DNA of 63,926 nt, the filler included, from Octopus bimaculoides (Eukaryota), in assembly GCF_001194135.2 (NCBI RefSeq). It is 7 parts of 7 records of this genome, joined end to end, with 100 filler letters (N's around TTAATTAATTAA, not from the genome) between each part and the next. Parts side by side here need not be neighbours in the genome. Positions count along the whole stretch, not along the records: positions 19,225 to 47,140 come from NC_068995.1; 6 more parts are not named here. One strand, given 5' to 3'. Positions 23,102 through 35,639 of this stretch are shown in pieces. The position numbers and the translations under genes were made by a program. Positions within the stretch are counted from its first letter, which is position 1. The number at the start of each line of letters is the position of its first letter. The notes below the pieces were generated by a model. The model saw nothing but the letters and a program-made list of their open reading frames with translations. It did no database searches and was not told the origin of the DNA.

Positions 23102-23313
23102 AATACCAAAACCATAAGCGGGCAAGACATTGAAAATTACATATAATTAAAAAGTTATTCGTGGACCAAGGTTTCGGAGTTAAAAATCAGTTCGTGCTGA
23201 AGATGGAGCAGATTTTCTCGGTAAGAGATTTTTAACTCCGAAACCTTGGTCCACGAATAACTTTTTAATTATATGTAATTTTCAATGTCTTGCCCGCTTA
23301 TGGTTTTGGTATT
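23102..23313. repeat. Perfect 87-bp inverted repeat with a 38-nt spacer (inverted PLE terminal repeat)
   Basis: 23102-23188 is the exact reverse complement of 23227-23313, checked base by base. Confidence 0.95.
23191..23257 (+). ncRNA. Type I hammerhead ribozyme
   Basis: Stem I TTCGTG/CACGAA, core CTGAAGA plus an extra T, stem II GGAG/CTCC, GAAA, stem III ACC-TT-GGT, triplet GTC with predicted cleavage after 23251. Confidence 0.85.
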
Positions 23314-23404
23314 TCGCTAATTTTTTTTGAGAACTACTAGGTCTTAGTAGACACAACATGTGAGCTATTTCTAGCATATTAAATGTCCACCCTACTGGTC
23401 ATCT

Positions 23405-23470
<66 letters not shown>

Positions 23471-23479
23471 CCAGGATTT

Positions 23480-24210
23480 CGAGTCCCAGTCTCAGAAGCA
23501 TTCCCGCCTGTTAATGCATCGAGGATACCCCTCAACCTTTGTCCAAACCGCCCTTGCCCACGCTTGTCGAATCGATCGAACTACCGCTCTATCTCCTTCC
23601 TACACCAATCCCTAACTTCCCCCTTTCCCCTCCTTTTCCACTCCTCCACCCTACCCCTTCGTCGGAGGATCCTACGGGCCTTCCGTCGTCTCTAGCTCAA
23701 TCTCATCACTCGCTCCATTTTCCCCAGCCTACCATTGTCCTCATTTAAACGCACCCGGAACTGACGTGATCTACTTGTTCGTAGCACCTTCTCCTCTTCC
23801 CCCAGCCCCAACTGGATCCTCCCACTCACACCTACCTCTTCATCACCAACACTACTTCCCTCACTGGTTCCAACCAGCACACTCTTCACATCACAAATTC
23901 CTTATCTTGCACCTCCTTTAGCCTCATATACTGTATTAGATACAACGTCTGTGGTAAACTATATGTAGGTCAGACGGGCCACTGGCTGGCCGAGCGGTTC
24001 ACCGAACCTCTAAGGTATGCTCTGCTGCATTCGAACACCCCTGTCGCCCGTCACTTCCGCTTGGCCAACCACTCCCCCTCTAACATCTCCGTCTTTGGCC
24101 TCGCTCTGCACTACGGATCCACACACTCGTGACTCCGCTTAGAACAGTGTTATATTTTTTATCTATGAATAACTATCCCCTTCGGACTAAACACAACCTC
24201 CTCCTCCTAA
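23480..24210 (+). mobile_element. Penelope-like element, GIY-YIG endonuclease remnant (C-rich family)
   Basis: LIYCIRYNVCGKLYVGQTG..LAERF.E...PVARHF...LEQCYIF...PFGLN, stop near 24210. Confidence 0.85.
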
Positions 24211-24639
24211 TGACTCTCTCTACACCCTCCTGCAACAAAGCAAATTTATTTTATTTTTGTTTTTAATTGCGCCATTTATATTGTATTAACTTCTTCTTTA
24301 TCCCCTATCAACTTTATTTTATTATAATTTTTTTTATTATAATTTATTATATTTTATTTTATTTCTACATACACGCACATATACGCACACACGTACATAT
24401 ACACACACCCGAAAAAATACACGCACCCGTGCACACACAAGAACGCACACACACACATGCACACACGCGCACACACACACAAGCATACATACACACATGC
24501 CCCCACATAAACCCACGGGCACACACATATAAACAGCCAGAACCACACACACACACACACACATACGCACATACACGTGCTATTAAGGCCCCCACACACA
24601 GACCTGTGCGCACGCACATACCCACACATACACATATAC

Positions 24640-24912
24640 CTCCTTCTCTTGCTTCACCTGTCTGAGAAAGAACTTTTTCTTCACCCATACCCTTCTGATC
24701 ATTTCAAAATGTAACCACGTCTGTATTGTCGGCGATTTTCTTCCTCCGCCTTCCCTTCTTTTGGACTTTCCTCTCTTTCTCAAGAAGAGCTTTGTTCGAA
24801 ATATAAAATCCTCTTTCTCTCCTTTCCTGGAGCGTTTGATAATACAATACTTGTACCACGTCCTCGCGTTGTTGTTTTTTCTTGTTTGTTCTTCTTCGTT
24901 TGGATTCACTAT
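24640..24912 (+). repeat. PLE terminal-repeat-like segment with decayed hammerhead relic
   Basis: Pyrimidine-rich, ends at (TA)n, and contains CTCAAGAAGAGC-TTT-GTTCGAAATATA, resembling 28183-28210. Confidence 0.5.
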
Positions 24913-25856
24913 ATATATATATAACATTGCTAAATCTTTCAGAGAAATTTATACAGTAGCAGCACAATAAAGTGATGGTATGTTGTCAACGTAATGTGAC
25001 AGCCCCATGAAAGGGAACAATGCTACTGCTATTTAACTCCAGGAAACACCGTTTCCAGTTGTCCATGACACATTTTCTGTGTCATATATGAATATATATA
25101 TATATATATAAAAAATTACTTTTTTGATTCAATTCTTAACGTACACTTTACCATGGATAATAAATAATGGCTATGGTATAATTTATAAAACAATTATAAT
25201 ATTATTTATTGTCGGCTTGGATATTTTTCTAAAAAACATTTGTTTTTGTGTGTGTTTGTTGTAATTGCCTTTATAGTATAGAACTGAAAGTCAATATAGA
25301 TTAATAACGAATTATTTCTGTTTTAAAATACTAACGCACAGGAATATACTTAAATTAATATTCTTTAATATACACAAACATATTTTATAACCGGTATATT
25401 AGTTTTTATTTTATTTCATTTTATTTATTATTTTTAAAATTTAAATTATTGACGCTCACACTTACAATCATAAACATGTATTGATTCAGTGTGTTTCATA
25501 TGTGATTTTCTTCAATTATGCTGATGAGATTCTTCCCTCCAAATATTTCCATAATTTGAATTTTATAAATTTGTTGTTGGTTTTGGGTTTCGAATCAAAA
25601 CAATTGTAGGAATTGTATTTATATTTATTTTTATATTTTTATATTATTGTAATAATAATATGATACTATGCTAATAAATGAACATATGTCAATTTAAATT
25701 CTTCAGTTTTCTTTCATCATTGTATATTGTGTATATATACCCATTTATATTCGAGAAAAAAATTTCAACTAAATATTATATATAGGGTATTGTACAGTGA
25801 AAATTAGATATTTTACATCCTTATAAAAGAAGTTACCACTTTAAATTGTGTATATA

Positions 25857-26481
25857 CACAGGGTGCGAAAGATATTTAGGGACAGATTTTTGTTAAAATA
25901 AAAAAATAGAAATATAATCAGATAATAACTTTATTTATCAAAAAATGCCATGAGGATAAAAATAAACCTTTTTTCTATGGTGTTATTCAATAAAGCCACC
26001 TTCAGCTTCAACAACTGCTTCTATATGAGATCTAAATCATCTACATAATCGAATGAAGTGATCCTGGTTCATTTTGGACATTACACTGACTATGGCAGCT
26101 TTCAAAGAATCTTTGGTATTAGGGGCGTGTTCATTGACCTCTCTCTCAACAACGCTCCACATTTAATAGTTCTATGGATTGAGTTCTAGGGAAGTAGGAG
26201 GGCAAATGTTAGGGGTTAGATCATGAAAATTTTCAGCCATCCATTCCTGTGTTACTAGAACCATGTGTGATAGTGCAGTCTTACTGAAACACAGATGGCT
26301 TCCAATGCATACACTGTTTATTCAGGGTTTAACAATTATTTCCAGGAATTCAATGTAGGCGGTAGAGTTAACTCTAAGGCCTTGTGGAAAGAAGTAAGGA
26401 AGCATGACATGTCCTTCATTGCTGCCAACCCCTAAAACCATGCCAGTTGCAGGAAATGTTGTATGGATAACACCTGGAACT

Positions 26482-26482
<1 letters not shown>
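25857..26482 (-). mobile_element. Tc1/mariner (maT/rosa-like) transposase 3' half with terminal repeat
   Basis: Minus strand reads FPATGMVLGVGSNEGHVM..FFPQGLRVN...QEWMAENF...ICPPTSLELNP*NY...IEAVVEAEGGFIE*. End near CAGGGTG at 25859. Confidence 0.85.
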
Positions 26483-26536
<54 letters not shown>

Positions 26537-26555
26537 CTCAGTGCAGTGTGTGGTG

Positions 26556-26893
26556 TGGAGAGGCGCATGGCTCAGTGGTTAAGTCGTCGAGCTTACGATC
26601 GTGATGTTGTGAGTTCGATTCCCGGACCAGGCTGCGTGTTGTGTTCTTGAGCAAGACACATTATTTCACGTTGATCCTGTTAATTCAGCTTTAGAAATGA
26701 ATGGCGACATCTCTGTTGCCAAGCTGTATCAACCTTTGCGTTTCCCTTGGATAACATCAGTGGTGTGGAGAGGGGAGGCTGGCATGCATGGGTGACTGCT
26801 GGTCTTCCACAAACAATCTTGCCCGGACTTGTGCTTCGGAGGGTAACTTTCTAGGTGCAATCTCATGGTCTTTCATGACCGAAGGGGGTCTGC
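26556..26893 (+). mobile_element. SINE family B, full length (tRNA-derived)
   Basis: A box TGGCTCAGTGG, B box GAGTTCGATTCCC, central GTTGTGTTCTTGAGCAAGACAC; tail shared with 13821-14156. Confidence 0.9.
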
Positions 26894-28114
26894 TCCTCAT
26901 ATATATATATATGTATGTGTGTGTGTGTGCGCGTGTGCGCGCGTGTGTGCGTGTGTGTGTTTATCGCCCTACAGCCTCTTGACAGCGGATCGATTCGCCC
27001 TACTAAAATTTTTAAAGACCGTGCCCCATCATAACCACAATCCAATAACTAAAACAAGTATAAAGATGACCTAAATTTATTGCAACTGAATCATTACTTT
27101 TACATTTAATTTCTTGTGAGATAGTTCGTCTCTCTCAAACGAATGTCGTTAAACAAGTGCTCTTTCATTCAAATATTGATGACAGTATGAAAATAAATCC
27201 GAAAAACTAATTCAAATTCAGATGAGTTTTCTATTCACGCATACGCCCTTCAAGTCCCATGAAACGTGATAGAACTAAGTAAACAATTCGTGCTAAAAAT
27301 TGATTTCTTTTACTGCTTTGCCACAAATGCTATTTGTCCTTTAACATTGAAATCAGATTATAATTTTCATTAATACATCATTAATATTAATATTCTAATT
27401 GTATGCTAATTATTTTCTGCTAATATATCTGGTCTGTTTAATTCCAAAATATCAAACAGTTTTACCTTCCTTACATAGAAAAGCTGTTTGGTGAGTATCA
27501 ATAAAATCAAACTACATATATTAATTGCTTGTTTGTGTTTTCTGTTTGCAATTCGATTTATATAGTTGATAAATAATCTAAAGTATCAAATAATTGGACA
27601 GATTTGTGTGCTATGCTTCGGGAGGCAAAGCTTTGCTATAATACGTAATGCGGTCCTCAGTTACGCAATATGTAACTTGTCTGAATAACACAAAGGTGGG
27701 TGGGGGTTCTAAATTTTGGGTGCATGCAAGAGTGTCAGGTTAAGAAGTGTGCTTCGCTATGACCTGGTTCTAGGTTCAATATTAATGTGGGGCACCTTCA
27801 ATAATTATTTCTTGCTCTAGCTTGTTAGTCATTCTTTATGTGTCTAATATGTTGACGTAAAAAACAAAAGCTATAAAAACAGAATTCTGTCCGATATTTC
27901 CTGCCAGGGGAGTGAATGGAAATCGTCACCAGATATAACAAAGACACCTGATGATTGAATGAATTTAGTGCAATCTTCCCTGTCATCAACACTCATCTGT
28001 TACAGAATTACACAATTGTTTCACCATTGCAGCAACCTATAAGTTGGAGGGATTTTACTCCCTTTTTCATTCTTGGCATCTTTATGAAATACCCCCCCAC
28101 ACACACACACACAC

Positions 28115-28294
28115 ACTCGCCACGATAGTTCGCTGACCACTACACACATTTTTCCTCTCATTGTTTCTCTCCTTGTTTCTTTCTGTAGAAGAGCGTAGGC
28201 TCGAAACGTTAAAGACTTTTTCAATTCCCTAGCGTTATAATGGTTGTTTTCTACACTCCCTGTCTTCGTCTTTTGTTTTTTGTGAACTCTCCCT
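28115..28294 (+). repeat. Solo PLE terminal-repeat-like segment with minimal hammerhead variant (28178-28215)
   Basis: TCTTT-CTGTAGA-A-GAGC-gtag-GCTC-GAAA-CGT-T-AAAGA. Confidence 0.6.
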
Positions 28295-28397
28295 NNNNNN
28301 NNNNNNNNNNNNNNNNNNNNNNNNNNNNNNNNNNNNNNNNNNNNNNNNNNNNNNNNNNNNNNNNNNNNNNNNNNNNNNNNNNNNNNNNNNNNNNNNN

Positions 28398-28471
28398 GAA
28401 GAAGAAGAAGAAGAAGAAGAAGAAGAAGAAGAAGAAGAAGAAGAAGAAGAAGAAGAAGAAGAAGAAGAAGA
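28398..28471. repeat. (GAA)n microsatellite
   Basis: Pure GAA run next to a gap; produces the spurious poly-K and poly-L ORFs. Confidence 0.95.
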
Positions 28472-30061
28472 AATGTCAAAGTCATGGTAATTTGGCTGAA
28501 GAATTATTTATGCATTCACAAACGCGTTGTAGCATTATCTCAGCTGTGATGACTAGCACAAAGTAAAATAAAAATAAATAAAAAATCATGTCACCCACAT
28601 ATGCATGTTTACATGCAATATACTTGCATACATACATACATATATACATGCATACATACACACATGCATACATACATACATACATACATACATATGTATG
28701 TGTGTGTATGTTTTTGTTTGTGCGTGTTTATGTGTGTGAATGTGTGTATGTGTATTATATATGTATGTATGTATGTAAAAATATGAATAGCAGTTAATTT
28801 TGACCAAATTATGCTACGCACATTTCGGAACCATGGCAATTTACAAATTTCGTAGTTTGACTTACATAACCAAACCTTGCCTTTAGTTCAAACTTCTCCA
28901 AGTTCGAATTAGACTCATTGCAGATTACTGTAGTCTGTCAACTGCTGAAAATCTCTCAAAACGGGGTTTGGTTATATAATTCGTATAATATAATGCATCA
29001 TCACTAAATATATAGCTATGCTGTCGAAACGTGCGTAGCGAAATCTTAACAACAGCTACACTCTATTTGTATTCATTTTACCATACTTATACTACGTTAC
29101 ATTACAGCAAATGTTGCTAATATAGCAGATTCACAAAGACATTCTTAACTATGTAATATTGCATTCCTTGTTCCATTGATTAGTTGATATAATGAAACTA
29201 TCAATGATACTTGTATTGAGTACCCTTTCGGCTAAATAGACCAAATAATTACCATAGCTGTCGTGATCCCTACAATATAACATGTGTTTGTGTTTGAGGT
29301 ATGCATAGAAAAAGGAAAAGCAGAAAAGAGAGAGAGAGAGAGAAATAATGAAATTGCACGGTTTCTTCTGCATCGTATTTGATGTTATCCTAAATTAATT
29401 AGCATTAGCAATTTTTTTTGCAAACATTTATTTAATACTTAAAATTTCGTAATGGTTTCGCTTATGATGAATGATAGCCATTGCCACGTACGTGTGTCAT
29501 ATCTGATTGTTAAAATATAGTGTATAAGACTTAAGTAGCCAAGATGTAGACACATTAGAGAAAAAGAAACATAATTATATGTATATTTGTAATCTAAAAA
29601 TATTATATGCATCTCAGGTAACAAGGTAGGCTTATAAATATATTTTCACAACTATTCGTATTCAAAGTAAAAATAACTGTAATGAAAAGATAATAAATAT
29701 ACTTATAAATCAACCAGTAACATTACAGAACATCTTGGTTTACGTGTTTTGCATTAATGCAGGCAAGCCTCTCTATATATTATGTATAGTGGAGAAAATA
29801 AACGTAGGGTAACACACACGAACATTCATTATTATATATCTGCATATTTTATATATATTCACAGACATATTTTACACAACCGTCAGCACGTTGGTACAAA
29901 TCAAACACGGACACAAGCATGCATACATACATATACGCACACGTTTCCCTGCTCATACACATACATACATGTATGAATATTTGAGGATTTGTTCTTATGA
30001 TCACGCATATTTACAAGTGTACCTAATAAAGCGTGAGTATATACGCATACGTACAACACAC

Positions 30062-30105
<44 letters not shown>

Positions 30106-30388
30106 GTATGCATGGATGTGTACTTATATGCATGTATGTATGTATATATATATATAAAGAGAGAGAGAGAGAAAGAGAGTATATATATAAAGAGAGAGAG
30201 AGAGAGAGAAAAAGAGGGGGAAAGAGAGACAGCGCTGCAAAACATTCATGTATAAATATATGAGCATATTTATGCAAAGTATAAGAGCACAAAAAACTTA
30301 AAGGAAAAGGTATGGTACGACAGGTCCGACAGCTGTATCTGTGGGTTCGGAATTACTTCCTAACGCTAGCAGATATAGTTCGCAAAAA

Positions 30389-30626
30389 GTCAAGAATATT
30401 CAACCAGTAGTAGATACATCTAAACATTAGGCAAACCCAGCCTCTATCATCAAAGAGGAGAGATAGGTATCTAAAATATCATATTATAATGCAGGAAACG
30501 TTAAAGGTACAATAGGTGAAGATGAAGGGCAATAAAAGTACGTGGGCGGCTCGAGAAGAGCGTGAGGAGTGTTGAAGCAAGGAAGTGCAAGAAGGTATGA
30601 GAGTCAGAGAAGGAAGCGAGAGAGAG

Positions 30627-30658
<32 letters not shown>

Positions 30659-30746
30659 TACCAGGGTCAAGGATATTCAACCAGTAGTGGATATATCTAA
30701 ACAGGCAAACTGAGCCTCTATCATCAAGGAGGAGAGATAGGTATCT
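30389..30746. repeat. ~82-bp direct repeat pair (30389-30472 and 30666-30746)
   Basis: GTCAAG(A/G)ATATTCAACCAGTAGT...GCCTCTATCATCAA(A/G)GAGGAGAGATAGGTATCT occurs twice. Confidence 0.85.
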
Positions 30747-31189
30747 ATCATATATCCTTGAAGGATAGAAGTAGAAGGGTAGAAGTAGAAGGATAGAAGT
30801 AAAAGTGGAGAGACAGAAGTGAGTGTGAAGGGGTAGATGGGTATCGTTATGAAGGGTGGTCGTTCTCGTTGGATTTGATGACACATGTCATTAGTCAGGG
30901 ATGGTTGGCGCTCTAGAAATGAGAAAGAGAAAATGGCAGAACGATAGAAGGGAGGGGAGAATATTAAAATGGATAGTTATAGATGCCGGTAGGGTGGTGA
31001 AGGAGAATTCAAAGAATGAAGGTAGGTTGGAGGAAGGGAGAGTACTGAAGCAGGTAGAAATATACGAGAGAAAAAGTATATGGAGGTGTAGCGATTTTCT
31101 TTTGCTTTTTCTGACAAATTGACCCTTCTGCATCCTATAAGACTTATATCTGATGACTTCGAAGACGACATTTCTGACTGTTCCTTCTG

Positions 31190-31560
31190 ACATTTCAAAA
31201 TAACCCATTATTAGTTTCGCAAGAACAGGGGCTGCTTTCGTTCCCATCGCATTTCCGGTAGTAGGTGTCATCAAATAGGAAATAATTGTTCTGAAGTATA
31301 AATTTTAAAGATTCAATAATAAAGACCTGATTTATGAGTTCCGGAAGTACTTCAAGATAATCTTCCAACCACAATTTGATTGCTTTTATTCCAGAGTCAT
31401 GTGTGATGTTGGTGTAAAGATTGATAACATCAAAGGAAGCCTAAATTGCCTCTTCATTAATTGTTTTTGGTAGGTGTTCTAGCATGTCTAAATCGTCTCT
31501 AATGAAAATTTTGATGTATTTCTAGAAAATTGCTTAGGCAGTGGGTTTCACAGGCTAGGC
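31190..31560 (-). mobile_element. Penelope-like RT fragment
   Basis: ASFDVINLYTNITHDSGIKAIKLWLE...FIIESLKFILQNNYFLFD...GNAMGTKAAPVLAKLIMGYFE. Confidence 0.85.
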
Positions 31561-31589
31561 CAGCTATAATGGGCCTTAACTTTGAGTCA

Positions 31590-31900
31590 TCTGGTGCTTG
31601 GATATTCACATATTTGCTTGCTTGGTAATTGTTATGCAGTAACCTGCTCAGGTTGTGGACATAGCTATATAGGACAGGCGAGTATTAAATTGAAACGGAG
31701 AATCACTCTACATATAGAGCAGATCCGGTTGCCGCTATACAGACAGATTCTTTTAAGTGAACAAAGAAAGAAGTGCAGGTAGCACCAAACCAAATTTCAA
31801 ATTTTTCCCCTTCTACTAGTGCAAAGATATAATTTCTATACAAGAGTATTTAAATAAAGTAAATTTATTCATCGAAAAATACAGAACACGTCTAAATATG
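31590..31900 (+). mobile_element. Penelope-like GIY-YIG endonuclease fragment
   Basis: NCYAVTCSGCGHSYIGQASIKLKRRITLHIEQIRLPLYRQILLSE. Confidence 0.8.
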
Positions 31901-33034
31901 CACGCATTACCATCTTTGAACTCTATACATATTTTAATTCACGATTACATACCCATCACTGTACGCATTTCTCTCCACTGCTCTAGCTTTTAAATTTTTG
32001 TGTATATTTCCCACACTCACCACCGAAAAACACTTGCCTGAAGTGTTAACGATTTCGTCATGTCTCCAATATNNNNNNNNNNNNNNNNNNNNNNNNNNNN
32101 NNNNNNNNNNNNNNNNNNNNNNNNNNNNNNNNNNNNNNNNNNNNNNNNNNNNNNNNNNNNNNNNNNNNNNNNNNNNNNNNNNNNNNNNNNNNNNNNNNNN
32201 NNNNNNNNNNNNNNNNNNNNNNNNNNNNNNNNNNNNNNNNNNNNNNNNNNNNNNNNNNNNNNNNNNNNNNNNNNNNNNNNNNNNNNNNNNNNNNNNNNNN
32301 NNNNNNNNNNNNNNNNNNNNNNNNNNNNNNNNNNNNNNNNNNNNNNNNNNNNNNNNNNNNNNNNNNNNNNNNNNNNNNNNNNNNNNNNNNNNNNNNNNNN
32401 NNNNNNNNNNNNNNNNNNNNNNNNNNNNNNNNNNNNNNNNNNNNNNNNNNNNNNNNNNNNNNNNNNNNNNNNNNNNNNNNNNNNNNNNNNNNNNNNNNNN
32501 NNNNNNNNNNNNNNNNNNNNNNNNNNNNNNNNNNNNNNNNNNNNNNNNNNNNNNNNNNNNNNNNNNNNNNNNNNNNNNNNNNNNNNNNNNNNNNNNNNNN
32601 NNNNNNNNNNNNNNNNNNNNNNNNNNNNNNNNNNNNNNNNNNNNNNNNNNNNNNNNNNNNNNNNNNNNNNNNNNNNNNNNNNNNNNNNNNNNNNNNNNNN
32701 NNNNNNNNNNNNNNNNNNNNNNNNNNNNNNNNNNNNNNNNNNNNNNNNNNNNNNNNNNNNNNNNNNNNNNNNNNNNNNNNNNNNNNNNNNNNNNNNNNNN
32801 NNNNNNNNNNNNNNNNNNNNNNNNNNNNNNNNNNNNNNNNNNNNNNNNNNNNNNNNNNNNNNNNNNNNNNNNNNNNNNNNNNNNNNNNNNNNNNNNNNNN
32901 NNNNNGTGTGTGTGTGTGTATGTGTGTGTGTGTGTGTGTGTGTATTATCAATTTCAGCTGAAAGCTGTGGCCATGCTGGGGCATATATATATATATATTA
33001 TTTATGTTTATATATATATTATATAATTAAATGC

Positions 33035-33165
33035 ATCGACTTTGCCTTTCATGCATTCGGAGTCGATAAAATAAGCTGCAGTTAAGCTCTTGCGTCGACG
33101 TAATCGACTTACCCCATCCCCAGTTGCTGACCTTGGGTCAAAATTTGAAACCAGTATTAGTAATT
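33035..33165 (+). mobile_element. SINE family D, 3' part
   Basis: TCGACTTTGCCTTTCAT...AATCGACTTACCCC...AAATTTGAAACCAGTATTA. Confidence 0.7.
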
Positions 33166-33760
33166 AAAATTTAACCAATGAGGTTAAAATGACAAAGCAA
33201 TACTGAATTCTGGTGAATATTCAATTGTATTTAATGAATGTAGTCAACTGTTTTTCATCTTTAGAAAAAACAGACTATTTGCACGAAACAGAATCCCTGG
33301 AGGATTTTACATTCGTAAAGGATATTCCAATTGAATTCCTCCCAATTAGATATCTTTAAATTTCGAGAGCTGAATAACGAATTATTACAGAATTCGAGAA
33401 AATACGAAGACATAAATTAAAACAAATGAAACAATTTAGCATAAAACAAAAGATAAGAAACAGAAATAGGAAAGTAATATAGAAGCGTACAAGAAAAATG
33501 AAGAAAGAGCAGTGAAAGTAGTAACCAAAAGAATAGACGGCAATTGTATAAAGAGAATGTAAACGAACTGAAGGCAAAAGAAGCATTTCGGAGTAAAGCA
33601 AAATCCTCAAATAAGTACAAATATAACCAGAAGGGTTCTGGCATGTGTCTGAGACGTCTCTGTATCTTACATGATAATTGATGGCATGTTGGGAGGATAA
33701 CTATTAATAACATTTTGACGTAACATATCTATCTACATATTATCTAGTATCTATCCATCT

Positions 33761-33795
<35 letters not shown>

Positions 33796-35349
33796 TGAAA
33801 GAGAGAGACAGAGAGGGCGAGAGAGAGAGAAAGAGAGAGCGAGGGGGGAGAGATAGATAGATAGAGAGAGTATGGACATAAATAAACCGTGCAATAGATA
33901 ATCAACTATACAATAAAGAAGCTGACTTTTTTCGCGAAAAAGTAAACACGAAAATATTCAACATTTTGAGAAAAGACATGTTGAAAATATATTTCGGTGA
34001 AACAGAAGAACCAGGAAATGAATCTATGTACAAACATTTCTGTTTTGAGAAAAAATATTCGAGGTGGAGTCTTTTTCCTTCATACTTGGCGCAGATGTTT
34101 AATTGAACTGCCTAAAATAAAACAAGAATTGTGTATGTAGAGTAGTTTATTTGGAGAACAGTAATAGATGTAACAGGAAAACGAGGACGGAGAAAGAGAA
34201 TTTACTGCCAACAGATAAGGTAAAACAATAAATAATTAAATAAACCTCCACGAATATAGTGAAGGTACGCGAAAGAAAGACAAGAAAAATAAGATATAAT
34301 TGTTTCTACAGCATGTTTTGTGGTAGGCTGAAACTTGCAAAATTAAACTGTGATGGACTAATGGATATGGAAATGTGTTTCCAACGAATATTGTTTGAGT
34401 GCAATACAGACGCTGTTCATATCTCCATAAATACCTCGTTGTAATTTGTAAATAAATGGAAATGTTCCTTTATCTCAAAATAAGGTAAACGTAAAGGGTT
34501 ATAATGTCAATGCCTTCCGCAAACGTGCAATGCTAAATGGTTTTAAGTGACGCGTAAATGCTTATTTATTTATTTGTTTATATTTTTGTTTTTGCTTTTG
34601 TCTTCCATTTGTATTATCTCCCTATGAAACAAAATACCCAGTATTCTGTAGCATGTACAGAGATAAACAATAGCTAAATAACTGTAAATTTTCTTTCTAC
34701 TGAATGAGATATAACCGAAGTTTAGTTGCAGAAAATCAGAATAAGCGGGTAAAGATCAAGGGCGCTGGTTTCTTTCCCGATGAAGAGATACAAATGTTAA
34801 GTTACATTGGAGAATATAATCACTGACATACAAAAAGTGGAATGGTCACGGTTGGAACACCTTTGATTATAGATCTAAGCAAACACAGAGTCAAACGTGA
34901 ATATTCTTGAAATTATACATTCTATTAATTTAAATACAAAACACAAAGATTAATCTAGACGAGCCCCTAATCCGGAGAGTATATGTAAACAAGAAGAAGG
35001 ATAGAATAAAACAGTGAGCCTATAAAACTGATTAAAACAGAGAGAGGAGTAGGAGAAGTAGAAAGAGGAGATGGAAGAAAGAAAAGAAGGGTTCTTGGAG
35101 CGGTAAAGAGAGTGGCACCAGAGGTATATATTCGTAGGAAATTATCTTAGTGGGTCACCTCTCACAGAGAGTAGCAGGAAATCTAGTGTCAATCGTTTAC
35201 TCAAGGAAAGAGAGAGAGAGAGAGAGAGACAGAGAGAATGGACCGCGGCAATAGGTGTGTGAGTATGAGAGAGGAAGATGTTGAACAAAATCATAATCAA
35301 CTGATCATCCTATACTTTTTAAACCAAAGCCAGCTACTCTTCAACACTT

Positions 35350-35350
35350 A

Positions 35351-35416
<66 letters not shown>

Positions 35417-35442
35417 NNNNNNNNNNTACTCTTCAACACTTA

Positions 35443-35523
<81 letters not shown>

Positions 35524-35525
35524 CT
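35350..35525. repeat. (ATCT)n microsatellite spanning a small gap
   Basis: Long TATC array. Confidence 0.9.
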
Positions 35526-35639
35526 ATGTGTGTCTGTGTAATTGATACAAGTATATTTTTCATCTTTTTACTTGCACAACCAATTTCATTCCAAATTAAC
35601 ACATGCCTTACTTAGGGTCCATGTAGTGTCTTAGGCCCC

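Noticed and set aside
27610-27660. Minus-strand CTGAGGACCGC as a hammerhead core
   Set aside because: No complementary stem II followed by GAAA downstream.
29003-29040. Hammerhead-like TAGC-tat-GCTGTCGAAACGTG, with an inverted partial copy near 28813-28827
   Set aside because: Core reads CTAAATA, the triplet would be GTG and stem I is absent. Possibly a very old PLE repeat, but not supportable as a ribozyme.
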